A stretch of 64,000 nucleotides of DNA from Octopus sinensis (lineage: Eukaryota). This document shows, in pieces, positions 11,511 through 25,955 of the stretch (position 1 is its first letter; every line of letters starts with the position of its first letter). The stretch covers positions 60,140,001 through 60,204,000 of the forward strand of contig NC_043001.1 of the NCBI RefSeq assembly GCF_006345805.1, read 5' to 3'. The notes beneath the pieces were generated by a model, which was not told where the DNA came from, made no database searches, and saw nothing but the letters and a program-made list of their open reading frames with translations. The translations under genes were made by a program, and so were the position numbers.

Positions 11511-14500
11511 AATTTGATAATTTTTTTATAAAATATAGTTGAATTTTTACATACAACCTCCGCGAGCTTTTACATACGCCCTTCAAATATTTGATCAGAA
11601 TTACATTCAAACACGAGGTCTAGAGCTTCATGAATGAAGACAACATCCCTCCGATTGGTTATTCTAGACGTTTTTCGTCGATTGCCTCTTTCTATTGCTT
11701 TAATTGAGAAAAATAATTCAATATCTGATTTTGTCGAAGATGTACATTATGCAAAATACTCTGCCAATCTCGCAATTTCGGAGCACCAACTTCTTCCAAT
11801 ACTGACCAGATTTTGTGGTGATTAAAGCCTGTGCGCTTCGTTTTCCCCCAGCACCTTTTTCATTGCACGTTGTTGTAAACAATCCTTTTTCATCACTCAT
11901 CACCTACGATCGTTCTTCTCAAGCATGACCGGTTTTGTTGCGATTCATGTATCCAAACTGTTTTAAATGTATGCATACAAACATACATACGATATTAATG
12001 CCTCTGCATTAAAAAAAATTCAATCAATTATGCAGCATATTTGATTTAAATGTATCCAACATATGTTTCTGCTGCATAGACAGCGCGCAAATTGTATTTG
12101 CAACGTTCCGAATTTACATTCAAAATACATTTAAAACACAAGCCCTGGGTCATTATAGGGTCAACAGGATCGCAGTTTTACAGTCATAGCAAATTTCCAA
12201 ATATTCCTCTATCACACTTCGGCACTCATAAACTATAGTCATCTACCAAATATCTAAACTCCTTTTTCGCTTGAGATCAAATCAGTAGCTGGACCTTGAA
12301 TCAAGCTGCATAGACGAATCACTAGATGATTGTAACTGCGCGCAAATGCAATTTGTGAGATGTATATGTAGCAGAAACGAGCGTCGGAAACATTTAAATC
12401 AAATGTGCTACATAACTGATTGTAAAAATAAAAGAACATATACAGATGTATTAAACTCCTTAATCATTGTAATTGACCTGGATATACATTCGGGGAAACT
12501 ATAATCCAGTGAAGAGAACCCAGAATTTATCGATCGGATGATGTATACTGGGATTGCTTACCGCGGGTAATCCTAGAAGCTCCTTACCACTCTATATAGT
12601 AGGTAATAAATTGGATTGTAACTGAGGTACCCGCTTGGATAATTTGTCCCTATTTTCTCACTATATACACGGTAGTCTTTCGCCAAGCTACAGAAAGTCA
12701 GCTTTCAAAGAGTCGAACCTGTGCGAAAGAGGGCACGTTTTTGTCATTATAAATACGGAAACCGAACAAGATTTTCTGATCCCAGCAACGTTCCGAATGT
12801 AAAAGCCAGAACGAACGAAAACATTTGCGGGATTTGTTTCGCAGTGATCACAGTAGCACCAGTAGCAGAGTATAAGATTGGAAGGGAAAGGAAATGTGAA
12901 GGAGAGTCTTAAAAACAGAGAGTCTTAAAAAGTACCAGCAGTAGGTACAAGACTGGATGGCAGAGGACATCTGAAAGTCTTAAAAAGAGAAGTGTAACTT
13001 CTGTTTGTGTATACATGTATAGTTGTGCTCATTTATTTTAACAACTTCAACTCTTAAATATGAAAGGCGTTCGGTCACTGGTGTTGTTGCAGAGAAACAT
13101 TTCAGTCTCATTTTCAGCTTCACCAGCGGACAACGAGATAACATGTAAGGTAATCTAACCTTCCATTTTGCTTTAAAAGGACAGCATTGAGTGGCACGTT
13201 TTCTATATGCTCGGTTGCAGACATGACATAGACCTTTAGAAACTAAAACAGTAAATTATTGTATGTGTGTTAGAGTTAGTCACTTCCGTATCATCAGTTC
13301 AAGTCTCCTGTACTGGCTCGTGTCTACAGTTTATTTGTATCTCACTTGATTTTTGTTACTGATGGAGATATAAAGAGAAAAATCTCATATTTGCAACAAC
13401 AAAGGATTTTGATTCTGTCTACGATCTATCACTTCTAAAAAAGAACCCACCAAAACTGTATTCCCGAAATTGTTGTTATGAATATATTACTTGCGTATGC
13501 ATACCTTCATACAAAGATACGAATTATTTCGTGTGTAGATTGCTATAATATATCGCCATATATCGTATGAGGTAAAAAAATATATGGAAAATGAGGCATA
13601 GATTAATATACAATAACGGAAAATATGGATTAAGAATGTAGTTTTCGAAATTTTCCTTTAATCATGTATTACAAAACTACATTTTCTAAACGGTGAATCA
13701 ATAAACTTGCAGCTATTCTTAATTCTTCTAGAATATTATGAGAGGTTTCTTTACAATTGACAGCAGAATTGAGATGAATATGTCGACAATGGTTCTTTCA
13801 TTTTCACTTCTATATTATCGAATATTTACATCACAAGTACCATAAATCCCTAGAGGACAAGCAGCATTTTAAATCCATAGTTCTTCGAAATTCTAGATTT
13901 TACGACTAAACACTTACATTCCACTCTATAACAGGTAAATCAATCATTCTTACATATTTAATTGTTACCTGAATCATTTATTGAAGGAGTTAATAAATTT
14001 TAACGCAAATTCATAGAAACAATATTATGATGATCATGGTGTGGTTGTTGTTGCTGTTGCTGTTGTTGTTGTTGTTGCCATTGTTGTTGATTTTATACTA
14101 TCAGCAACATGATGCTGGAACTTTCAATGGAAGTTTCAATCGGGTCTCAAAATTTCTTCTCTTTCTAGTCTGTCTCTCTCTGTTTCTCTCCCCCTCTCTC
14201 TCTTATGTAAAGTCCCAAAGATTCTAAGGACATGCTAATCTTCTTTGTAGTTTCAATATTCATGACGGAATTTTTAAAGTTATTTCTGTGATATTTGATC
14301 ATCTCTAATGGAAAACCACTAACAACAATATCAGTCAAAATGAAAACAATAGCAACAATGGAAAAAAGAAATGGAGAAGTGAAAATTAAATAGTTGCTTC
14401 AACCCACATACAAATTACACCTCCATTACCACCAAACAACCAACAATTAAAATTCATCAATCAGGATTAAAAAATTACTTGTCTCGCGAGTTGGTGTGCG

Positions 14501-16689
14501 ATTGGAGGAAAAAATATTTTGTCCACGCAAAACTGAAAATATTTATGAATACAGAAACATAGTGTTAAATATACCAGAATGAATTCCCAAAATTATCATT
14601 TATAAATAGCATAGAAGACTAGCAACTAGAACAAGAGATACAGCAGCAAATAGAAAAGCGAGCCAAGTCAATGTTTTGACGAAATCTTATGGCACTGGTG
14701 GCGGGGATACGACAAAATAGAGGAGAGGTTTTCAACACAATATGAGGCAAGGAGATACTCCGCAACAATCGTAAGCATTGAGAAAGATATTATTATATCA
14801 ATTGTACCTTGGTCGAAGAAATGTAAGACAGGTAAAATAAAGTTGGTTGGCGTGCCTCTAGAATTAAACATTTCATAGACGGTACAGAAACAAATTTGTT
14901 CAGGCCAAAGGATCGAGCAATTGATCCAAACTAATTTGAGAAAATATGAAAACCTTATAGGCTCTGATCACAATACCTGGTACTGTCGTGGCCATTAGGT
15001 CAAAGAGCTAAGACTTCTCTTGCGTGGTGGCGCACCAGACAAGGAGAGGAAAACGACATGATCTACCGCTGACATCATCATCATAACAGCAAGAACACTA
15101 ACAGCAAAAATACGTAACCTAAAACATTACATGCAACCTTACTGCAACCGGCGCACCTATGGCAGCAACTGCAACAGTAAACCTAGCAGTTGCTAAGGCA
15201 GCAGTACAGCAGCGACAAGCCGCATCAGTACTTATTGCAGCATCAGTTTCAAAATTGGAAGGAACATCTACAATAACATCAAGAACAGCACCAACAGTTG
15301 AAGCAAAAACAACAAAAATAACAGAAGATATACTGCAATGAAAAGGCACGAAACACAAAATAACAACAAATATATAGAAAATAGAAAACCACAGATTCGC
15401 CCTCTTCTGCGGGACTTGACCCACTACGACTTACACTAACGTTGATGTAAGACAAATGAGACTGTGGGACATCTTAATAGCAGAACGTAACTAATATAAA
15501 GAATTTTAAAGTGACTAAGCATTCCAAAAACGAAAAGTGACCAAATAAACAAAAGACGAAGATAGATTTGTGCCGCGATGCACTGACACCAAACCCAGCA
15601 GCATCTACGCCAGTAATATCAAAATGATCATAGCCTTTATTACCATAGCGGCATTACGTGCACAAGGACAACCAAATACCAACAGTCAGAACACGACCAG
15701 GTCGAACATAAAACAACAAATTATTAACTACATTGTCATAACCCCGAGCAATGAAGTCTACGGGGCCACACTCCTACAGGCAAGCATCACAAAAAATAAA
15801 TATATTAGAGTAACTAATGTTATTCTGATTCATAGAAATGTTATCAAATGTTTTTCATTTACTCTTCTCCTTCTAACAAAGCCTTACAATAGGTAGTATA
15901 AATGCATGTGGTCTAGCGTCAACATTGGAAACAAGCGACAGGCTCATTGGCCTGTCACTAGGTATAGTTCTAGGAACTGTGGGCGAGACCTGAGATTCTG
16001 GGCTACAAGCATTCATGTAAGAAGTGTTCATATCATTAAGCGAACGGAACTGGGATTTTAATTTCCTGTGTTGTTTCAAAAGCTCCTGTATCTCAAGATG
16101 CGGACTATATTCTTGAACCCAGAAGTTAAGTAGAAGATACTGGATGTAAACAACAGGAATGGGGGTATATTTAGACTAGTACTTTATGGCCTTCAAATGT
16201 ATAGCAGCCTGATTTCTTCAGGTGTTTAGAGGGTTTCCTTATAATGTTATCTGGGAGGAATATTTCAATTGTTTGGGGCTATCTGATGAAAGAAAGGCGA
16301 TGGAAGAGCCGGCTCAGATGTTCCCATCTTTCCGCTGATAGAAGTGAAATTCTCGAAGGTCTATGCAGGCAAATACAGATATGGAGCACTAGACGGTTGG
16401 TGCGCTTAAAATATCACTGCCTAACTCAGATCACCAAGTGTAAACTAACTAGCACGAGCTGACGCGCTTGGCCACCAATCTCACATAGAAATTGGCCGAG
16501 AGAAAGCCATCTTTTATACCTTGCTGGAAGGAGGGACTCTTAGGAATGTAAAACTAGTCAAGTAACAGTATACAACATTGGAAGCAACAGGTCAATTTGT
16601 ATAGAGGCTGCAAAGTTGCATAGAGGTGCTCTCGCCCTTTTCTGTCTTCAACCTAAAACCATAATCTTATGACTGTTGTATGACACTAT

Positions 16690-17230
16690 AGACTCTAAGC
16701 TGCAATGCCTCTTTCGTTGCACCCGCGATAATTATATCAGTAAATTCTTCAACTGTAATCAGCATGATGTCAATGAATTGCTGGAAAATTGTGGGCACGC
16801 TTTACTATCCGATAGGTAGGCAGGTATATTGGCAGAGCCTACTATCAGTATTAATTGTTACCTAATGCCTGTACTATTTCGGAACTTCAACCTGAAAGTA
16901 TGCATATTTATGAGACCCAAATTTGCAAAATAGGCACCGCTATTCTTCTTGGTGAAAATAGCATCAGATAGGCGCAATGAGTACTCATACTTCTGCAATG
17001 CTTCATTTAGATCGTTGAAGTAATCGGTATAGACATGATCGCTTCTGTTTGCGTTTCTAACGACCACAGTTTGTACCGACAACATTGAAAAGTTTACCGA
17101 TTGCAGGACCTCCTCCAGGCGTTTCGGTTTAGCCTCATTGGTTGCCAGAGTCGCGAGTGGTACTGATATTTTTGGTTTGAATATCGGTCGAGCATTCGGA
17201 ATCAAGTAAAGGAAATTCTTGGCATTTATA
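16690..17230 (-). pseudogene. Gypsy/Ty3 LTR-retrotransposon reverse transcriptase fragment
   Basis: PNARPIFKPKISVP...VVVRNANRS..YTDYFNDLNEAL...DAIFTK.NSGAYFA, then INT..GLCQY..LP.G...PTIFQQFID in shifted frames. Confidence 0.75.
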
Positions 17231-17269
17231 TAGAAACTGAAATCAATCTTGAATAGAACATCATATTTC

Positions 17270-18150
17270 TACCGGTTTTATGAGTTGTGTTAGAGTGAAT
17301 ATGTGATTTATCGTAATATTATTCTTATGGAAAACTGCTTGCTCTCTTGGCTGTTTGTCGTCAATAACTTTTGCTATGATCTTTGTAAACACATTATAGA
17401 GGTGAGACAAGAGGCACAAAAAGCATTAGATTTTAAAATCTTCTTTATCACTCTTATAAAGCAGAATGTTATTTGATCCTTTCCATATTGAGGCGAAGAT
17501 TTTCTGCAGTTCTTCACCTCCGATTCTTAACAACTCTGTTGTAATACTATCTTTCCCAGGAGCTTTGTCACTTTTCATCAGTTTGAGAGCATTTTCAGTT
17601 TCACTGATCAGAATAGATGGCAGCCCTTCCAGCATCTGTCGTGATATGGGGTGGAGCATCACTGAGGTTTTAAAAATTTGGGTGTAAATTATTTTGCATA
17701 CCTCCTCTATCTTCCCTTTGTATGTCACCATTAGCCCATCCTTGTTCTTAAGCGACGTTATCGCTGACATATACAGTTTCAGCTCTCTCCTGCATCTTCT
17801 TAAATATTTCTTCAGCCCTGCAACCGGCATCAATTTCTTCAGTGTATAATTATTGAAGTCATGTCCTAGATGCTGTCTGTTCACTTTACAGAGAACAGAA
17901 TACTCGAAGCAGTATTTCATGCTCATCATCGTATTCCATTTCTTTGTCTCAGATTCTTTCTGCCGAGAACCCGTTGGATTGCAGCTTTTAATTTACTGGA
18001 CCAGCAACTTATATTCCTCATCAAGATATTGAAGTTGACTCCAAATTTTCTTCTTGTGTTTTCAATTCCTCTGAGAAGAACAACTGAAAGATTGTCTGTC
18101 AGTTATGTGGGACAATATCACCAGATTAAAGCAGATCAGAGCACATGCTA
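17270..18150 (-). pseudogene. RTE-clade LINE ORF fragment (RT N-terminal region)
   Basis: ETENALKLMKSDKAPGKDSITTELL..GGEEL, ILLYK..DKED, CLLSHLYNVFTKII, QPREQAVF...INHIFTLTQLI. Confidence 0.75.
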
Positions 18151-20605
18151 CGACCTGAATCAGTTTGGGAAACGAAACTACTGACTGCGCGCATGTTAAT
18201 AACCATGAATTTAGAGCAAAGGGATTCAATAAAGACAGTTATTTGAATCAGCATCGAGGTTGACACCAGGCATGTTCTCAGCTTTCAGTTTGTGTATGGG
18301 ATGGTTGTCAGAAAAGTGACAATAAAGTCCTAAAGGACCCCTTGAAACACAGATTATACTGGTTCAGTGTCCTACTTTGAACACAGAAAGGAAAGGCAGG
18401 GCAGAGCAAAATCATCTAGTTTCAACTTCTACACCTTTGGACATTTAGTAAAACTTGATGACATTAAAAATGAAAAAAGCTACAAACTATTGCTATGGGA
18501 GAGTGCAATGACTACTGTTGCTCTTATTATTGTTGTAAACTTGCTCTTTTTGCCACCTCTTTATTTTCAGTATATGGCTGAAGAGCAAAACTTGCAGATT
18601 ATGTGCTTCAAACTATAGGCCCCTCTACAGCAAAGGTTACAGTTCTAGGGATGGAAGGATGTAAAGTTGCACCCGGTTAGATTTATCTGAATGGAGAGTA
18701 CTGAAACAGATATCGGTAAGTTTTTGATCGACAATCTAATGACTCCACTATTTTAACCATATCATATATATATATACGTATAAGATATATGCAATATGTG
18801 CACTGTGTTTGTTAACGAGTCTTGTAACATAGTGCCAATCCTTATGCTATTAAGCATGGAAGATGTGGAAATCTTGCTAATTCAGTGTTGTGAGGACCTG
18901 TAATATTTTAAATAATTAACGGAACGCAATATATATCTTTGTTGCCAGTAAAGGCAGCCCTGGTTTAAAATTATACTACATCTGACGGATTTAGAAAGTT
19001 TGTAAATTGAGAGATATTAAAGCAAAAGTGCAAAATCGAAAGACTGCAGAAAAAAACGAAAGACCTGAGTCTATAACAGTTATAAAACAAGTAGAGATCA
19101 CGTGGTGCTTCCTCTCACGTTATGTTCAGGAGGTCAAGTAAAATTATATATCTAACGGAAATTAAATTTTCTCATTATATTTTCTCTTAAAAGAACATTG
19201 GTTTGCGGTGAAAGGAAATGAGAATGTAATAACGAATAGCAGTTAGGTAAAATATAAAATTCCTCGTTAAGCTAAAATATAGTATAAATTATCTATTTCT
19301 AAACACACCGTAAATGTAATGAAGGAAGAAATTACAAAATAGGAAATGGAATTCCAATTTGCCTCCCCATTACAAACAGTCAAGGTCAGTATTGGGTGTC
19401 GTTAGGCGAATAAGACCATACAGCTATATTAATAAATCCACTTGGCATTTGATTTCGAATGTGAATAATGAACCTAGATCTGCTTCACGCACACATACAT
19501 ATATATATATATATATATTCATAAATAAATGTAATTACGTGTCTGTATATATGTGTGTGTTTGTGGGTGTGTGGGTGGGTGTATGTATGTGTATATGGAT
19601 TTAAATATATTATATATATGTGTGTGTGTCTGTGTATAACATGGGAGCACGCAAAATGCATAGAGTAAATATTTACGAGGAAATCTACTACAGGGGAAAG
19701 GAATGTAATGTTTTGCGGTCTTCCGTCCAAGATGAGTTTTGCTACTTCTTTTCCAAAGATATTGAATATTAATAGATGTTGCTAAATGGACATATGTTTT
19801 AAGGTAATGGTGCATAGCCGTTGGAAACTTATAATTACATCATTTAAAGGTCGAGAAATTATACGTTATTGAGAGCATGAGGTAAGAACCGACCAGCAAC
19901 ATGAACGAGACAAGCAGCAGGAAATGAGACATCTGCAAAAATATGTGAATAAGTAGCTAAATAGCTAAATTTATCTCCGTCGACAACATCTTCAATACAT
20001 TATATTTGTATAGCTCTGCTCTAATGACGGTGATTTAAGAAAATAGTAGAGAAAATTCTGTGTGCACATGGCATAAATAACCAAATTGCATTTTTATAAG
20101 TTGAAGAAGATTGCGACTGCAAAAAATGATTTGCCATGATTACAAGGAATTGGAAAGAATAAAGTTATAAAAGTAGAAGAGGTGAAGGAAAACAAGAAAA
20201 CTAAATCAGTAGAAAATTGCCGTTGGGTAGAATAGCTGTGGCCTGAAGGTAGCAAAACAATCAATTTTCAACTTAAAGTTTTCCAGGCCAAAATATATGT
20301 ATATATATTTAGAATATGAACCCGTCTTGTACTCAGATACAGTCTATCATTGAAAGTACTTGCTGAAGGTAAGTTTATTTTTATCCATCAATAAAAGACA
20401 CACATTCAATCAGATGAGAAGTAGAAATCAATCTTAATACTACGAGAAAATTAGTAAACGACAACTGCAAAATATATGGTAAATAAGAAAATCACTAGAA
20501 GTACAAGATATTAATGTTGTGCTAAGCCAAAATCCCGTTCAATAATAGTCTCAAATTACGAACAAGAAAGGAGTGTGGATTTATTCAATATATGGAAAAT
20601 AAAAA

Positions 20606-20876
20606 AGCGGCGAGCTGGCAGAAACGTTAGCACGCACTGGGGTCGATGTAATCGACTTAATCCGTTTGTCTGTCCTTGTTTGTTCTCTCTGTGTTTAGCC
20701 CCCTGTGGGTAGTAAAGAAATAGGTATTTCATTTGTCTTTATGTTCTGAGCTCAAATTCCGTCGAGGAATTCTGTTCGGGTTCGATAAATTAAGTGACAT
20801 TTGCATACTGGGGTCGATCTACTCGACTGGACCCCTCCTCACAAAATTTCTGGTCCTTATGCCTAGAGTAGAAAAG
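20606..20876 (+). mobile_element. Composite (dimeric) SINE family A with internal deletion and TSD
   Basis: gcggcgagctggcagaaacgttagcacgc head, tail A, second partial unit with tail B; AATATATGGAAAAT at 20587-20600 and 20877-20890. Confidence 0.85.
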
Positions 20877-20960
20877 AATATATGGAAAATGAAAAGGAGT
20901 ATAAACTGTTGTTGAAAGAAGAAACAGGTGCGTCGTGTAAATTATTTATAATTGAATATT

Positions 20961-21160
20961 AGTCTCAAATTTTAGCACAAGGCCAGCAATTTTCGGGGAC
21001 GATCTAAGTCGAATAAATCGACTTCAGTGCTCAACTGGTACTCATTTTATCGATCCCGAAGAATGAAAGGCAAAGCTGACCTCGGCGGAATTTGAAACCA
21101 GAACGTAAAGACAGACGAAATACGGATAAGCATTTTTCCTGGTGTGCCAGTTTGCTGCCT
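20961..21160 (-). mobile_element. SINE family A-related monomer
   Basis: gacctcggcggaatttgaa...gaacgtaaagacagacgaaata core, reverse orientation. Confidence 0.85.
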
Positions 21161-21614
21161 TCATAATTGACAAATATGAAAAGCTTTATTGAAATTTCAT
21201 AAGCAGGTTGCATTTATCTAATGTATGTTAGATATATATTTCTCAAAGTAAGTAATGTGTCTCAGTAAACAATATTTCAAGTGATGTATTGAGTTGTAGG
21301 CAGGTATGTTGTTTTATACCATACATAAAATACTGTACTTGTGAAAATTCTGTCCATATATTCCTATATAGCAACTATCTTTTTTTAGTAGATATTTATC
21401 TTTTAAAACTTGCTCTCATATGTCAATGTCTTATTTTAATAACTTTCTGTAATTTTTATAAGTCGATTTTTACATGGAAAGATAAATAAAATTTTGTAAA
21501 GAAATTGATTTGATTATATTTTAACTGGAATAATGGAAACTTGATTGGAAATATAAAAAAGTTGCGGAATATAAGACTTTCCGATCACTTTCAAACATTT
21601 ATATTCGTCCATTA

Positions 21615-21890
21615 ATCTATATATATATATAAAGATGAGAATGTGTGTCTATCTGCCTGTGTGAATGCTCAAAATTTGAGAACTACTCAACCAATTTCAT
21701 TCAAATTTTACACATGCATTACTTTTTAATTTTTAAAAATTCTTGCCTTGTGCGAACCCACAGCAATATTATATCTACTCCACTATTTCAGTATTACGTG
21801 TCAAAATTGAAACAAATCATCTCTCTATTGTAATGCCAGATGCTTTCACTTTAAAACTGAAACTATTAAAGTGAAACAATTATCTCACAT
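21615..21890 (+). mobile_element. Helitron-type non-autonomous 5' end fragment
   Basis: a|tctatatatatataaagatgagaatgtgtgtctatctgcctgt...actactcaaccaatttcattcaaatttt, resembling typical Helitron-N 5' termini; no 3' end found. Confidence 0.45.
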
Positions 21891-21931
21891 ATATACAGGC
21901 ATACATACATATATATAATATATATATATAT

Positions 21932-21987
<56 letters not shown>

Positions 21988-22268
21988 TATATTTATGTAT
22001 GTGTGTATACATCTGCACAAATGAATATATATAGATGTATATATGCACATGTATATATATATATACATGTATAGATGTATATGTATAGATGTATTGCTAT
22101 AGATATAGATGTATACGTATACCTGTATATGTGTAGATGTGTATATATATATATATATATATACATGTACATGTAATATGTACACACATATATTTACACA
22201 TATATACATGCATGCATATATACACACATACACTCACATACACACATACACACACAAAATTATAGATA

Positions 22269-22590
22269 GGTGCAGGTGTGGCTGTGTGGTAACAAACTTG
22301 GTTCCAAAACACATGGTCCTAGGTTCAGTCCCACTGACCTGACATGTGTCTTCTGCTATAGCCTCAGACCAACCAAAGCTTTGTCAGTGGATTTTGTAGA
22401 CAGAAACTGAAAGAAATCAATCGTATATATAAGTATGTATATATGTAAGTCTATGTGTGTGTCTTTGTCTCTGTGTTTTTCCCTCATCACTGCTTCACAA
22501 CTGCTGTTTGTTTATTTACATACCCATGACTTACTAGTTTCATAAGGAGAAACTGATAGAATAAGTACCAGGCTTATCAGAATAAAAAAA
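22269..22590 (+). mobile_element. tRNA-derived SINE family B (CORE-like), degenerate
   Basis: ggtgcaggtgtggctgtgtggtaa...ggttcagtccca (A/B-box-like); gactgatagaataagtacc-like tail; homologous to 41865-42240. Confidence 0.8.
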
Positions 22591-22681
22591 AGCACTAGGC
22601 AGTGTCTCATACTTTTGTTTGCCCACTCAGTTGTATCTATCAATTGTTTGTATGTGTATCTATCTATCTATCTATCTATCT

Positions 22682-22788
<107 letters not shown>

Positions 22789-22794
22789 ATATCG

Positions 22795-23041
22795 TAGGCA
22801 GAAACTGAAAAGAAATCAATCGTAGATATATATATATATATATACATATGTAAGTGTATGTGTGTGTCTTGTCTCATGTTTCGCCCCCATCACTGCTTCT
22901 CAACTGCTGTTCTTTTATTTACATCGCCATAAATTACAGGTTTGACAAGAAGAAACTGATAGAATAAGTACCAGGCTTATTAAAATAGGCACTAGGCAAT
23001 GTCTCATATTTTTGTTTGCCCACTCGGTTGTATCTATCAAT
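22795..23041 (+). repeat. Tandem duplicate of the SINE B 3' half plus flank (copy of ~22400-22645)
   Basis: cagaaactgaaa..aaatcaatcgta...actaggca.tgtctcata.ttttgtttgcccactc.gttgtatctatcaatt occurs twice, separated by (TCTA)n(TA)n. Confidence 0.8.
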
Positions 23042-23055
23042 TTATCGTGTGTGTG

Positions 23056-23107
<52 letters not shown>

Positions 23108-23221
23108 ATATATATATATATATTATATATATATATACTTAATACACACACACACATATATATATATATATACAGGTATGTATATTCATATATATACATA
23201 TATATGTACATGTATGCAGAT

Positions 23222-24865
23222 TCATACCTATTACATCAAAGTCAATGTCTTTATGTGTGTTCGTGTGTTACTTATATATTCGAAACCTGCTGCACCGATC
23301 CTAATGAAATTTTGAACAGAAAATCCAAGCCTAGGGAGAAGGATAATGCTATGTGTGTCATACAATTTCATGGATGAAAATTACTGAATGGATCCTTATA
23401 TTTGGAACTTAGATTCAATGCGTAAGGGTGGATATAATGCAATATACTTGGTTTTAATTTCAGATGGGTTAAAGGGGGCAGAACCCTCATAAGAATTCAT
23501 AAATCTTCGATGTTGATGAAATTTCCACCATGGGTAATCGACACACATCAGATGTATTCTGAAAGTTTCCACTTCTCATGAGAATTCTAAGACACTCTAA
23601 TGCGGGGCTTAACTCCCAAATTGTAGTAATTTCTTTTATGATTCGAAACTATGTTCAAAGTACTGAATGTATCTTTACGAAATTTGGAGATTATACTCTA
23701 TGCATAAGGGCCATAACCCCCATGACAATTCATATATTTTTGCTGTTGATGAAATTTTAGCCATAGATATTAGGCACAAATGAAGTAATATCTATAAAAT
23801 TTCATCTTCTTAGAAGTTAGAAAGACCCCTTCATGGGGACTTAACACCGACAATTTACTCATTTTATCTAAGCAAAGACGAATACAGTTGTACTTTTGGA
23901 AGCTGTACGGTCACCCTAGCATAAAAGATGAGCATTATTTCTAATTGAATGTTACAACAGTGTAAGAGTTTTGCTTTCAGATATACTTAGTATGTGACTT
24001 CTACAAAGTGATGCATAAATTGTCGAGTGAATGAGAGGCATCGTTGACTCCACTAGTTCAGTTGCAAAGTATTGAGTAAAGTTATTTGGCTGCAGAATAT
24101 CTTTGATTCTTTTTATTATCACTGGGTCACGCATAGTCCCCAGATGGTAACATTCATTGCAATGCCTTCCCAGATGAGTGACTGGTTATTCAGAGTCATT
24201 TATAGATTGTAAATTTATTCTGCCCAGTTACGTATCAGTATAGTGGTCATTTGCAAACTCCAGACGTGACACTTTCATTTCTTCTTTCGTCACGCAGTTG
24301 TTAATGTTTATTTCAGTTGGGTCACGCCCTAACAATTCCTATAGATCCATAATTCATCTTGCGGCTGTGCCTGTCACATGTATGGTGCGGAATCCTACCT
24401 GGGAGTGGTAACGACATGGGTACTGTAGCTGACTGATTATTGTGATCAATCGTCGTTTGGTTTCCTGTAGCTTTGCTCTCTTTTACAAATCCAGTGAACA
24501 TATATTTCCTATTTCAAAGAAATTCAAGCAATAAATATAAGACCCAAGTTAAAAATTATCTCAAGAATTCAACTTCCCTGCTTGACATTAAGACACTCAC
24601 CTCCAATAGGGACCTTAACTCACACATTTTAGAGCTCCATCACCTCCATACTGGAATTTGGGAATCTGCGCATAAAAAACAGTAATATGGGATACATGTG
24701 TCATGATTACAATTTCTTTAAGGTGTGTAAAGGGGGAAATAACCCTCATCTACAATTTTGATAAAATTCGAATCATAGGTATTCCAGTTCATTACAGAAA
24801 ATATAACAGAAAAGTCTAATTCTTCAATTGCATGTAACACGGGCAACGCCGGGTATCTCTGCTAG
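23222..24865 (+). mobile_element. Non-autonomous Helitron-like element
   Basis: 3' end c-gggcaacgccgggt hairpin followed by CTAG|T (24862-24866); 5' tc-atacctattacatcaaagtcaatgtc...ccgatcctaatgaaatttt resembles Helitron-N 5' ends. Pairing of the two ends is inferred. Confidence 0.6.
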
Positions 24866-25750
24866 TGTATTCTAAAATTGGCATGATTTTACTATTTTTG
24901 TGGTGTGATCTATTGAGAAGCCAGCATAATCCTAATCACTGTAACTGGGATATAGAAACTGTTCTAGGTCACAGTGGATTGAATGTAGCTATTCTTCTGT
25001 GGTAAACGTCGACGCTGCCTAGTTGAGCACGCGCATCATACCCTTGAAGGTATTTAGCGACCTCTTTCTGTTGCAAATAATACAAACTTTTTATACCTCA
25101 TACCTTGGATATCCTGCGAAAGAATGAATGAGTGATGACTCTTTGTGCATTCAAATGTTCGATGGTAAGCAATGCCAGCTAATTCGAATATAATATTTGA
25201 CTAATGCCAAAGAATAAACACTGACTAATTTTGGTAGGATTCGAAATCGAAATGTTAAAAGGTCCTTTATATGATTGTATGATTATTATGTTCGTCTAAA
25301 ATCACATGTTGCCGTTGTGAAATCACTTTACAAAACTGTGACCACACAAGTTCTGAATGTGATATTAATAAAATAATATGTTGCGGAATATAGCAGAATG
25401 AATTGGAACTAAATTTTTAGAGATCATGTTAGTACACTGATTCGTAATTACTTGCAATTAGCCAATAACTGGACACTGTCGGACTTGGTTTTCGTTTTGA
25501 GAATAACAAAAGTTGCAGTTTTCATTCACCAATTACATAGCACCAGAAATGAAATACATGCTTCCTTCCCCTTTTTAACTCGTCTGAGGTACCAGTAATT
25601 GTGGCAAGCAACTTAAAAGATATTAAAGATGTGAAATAGCTGTCTTCATTTTTTATTTATTTATTTTTTTGTGGGTACTACACGCCATGAGTTCGATGAT
25701 TTTCTACGGACTATGATTAAAACTCTTGTGAAATTTATGATAAATATATT

Positions 25751-25955
25751 CTTTTCTACTCTAGACACAAGGCCCGAAATGTTTATGGGGAGTGCCAGTC
25801 GATTTGATCGACTCCAGTACGCAATTGGTACTTAATTTATCGACCCCGAAAGGCAAAGTCAACCTCGGCGGAATTTGAACTCACAACGTAAAGACAGACG
25901 ACATACCGGTAAGCATTTCGCCTGGCTTGCTAACGTTTCTGCCAGCTACCGCCTT
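25751..25955 (-). mobile_element. SINE family A-related monomer (tail B) with 14-bp TSD
   Basis: ATGATAAATATATT at 25737-25750 and 25958-25971; SINE core homology. Confidence 0.9.

Noticed and set aside
14600-16530. Possible gag or other retroelement remnants next to the Gypsy RT fragment
   Set aside because: Too degenerate to assign motifs by eye.
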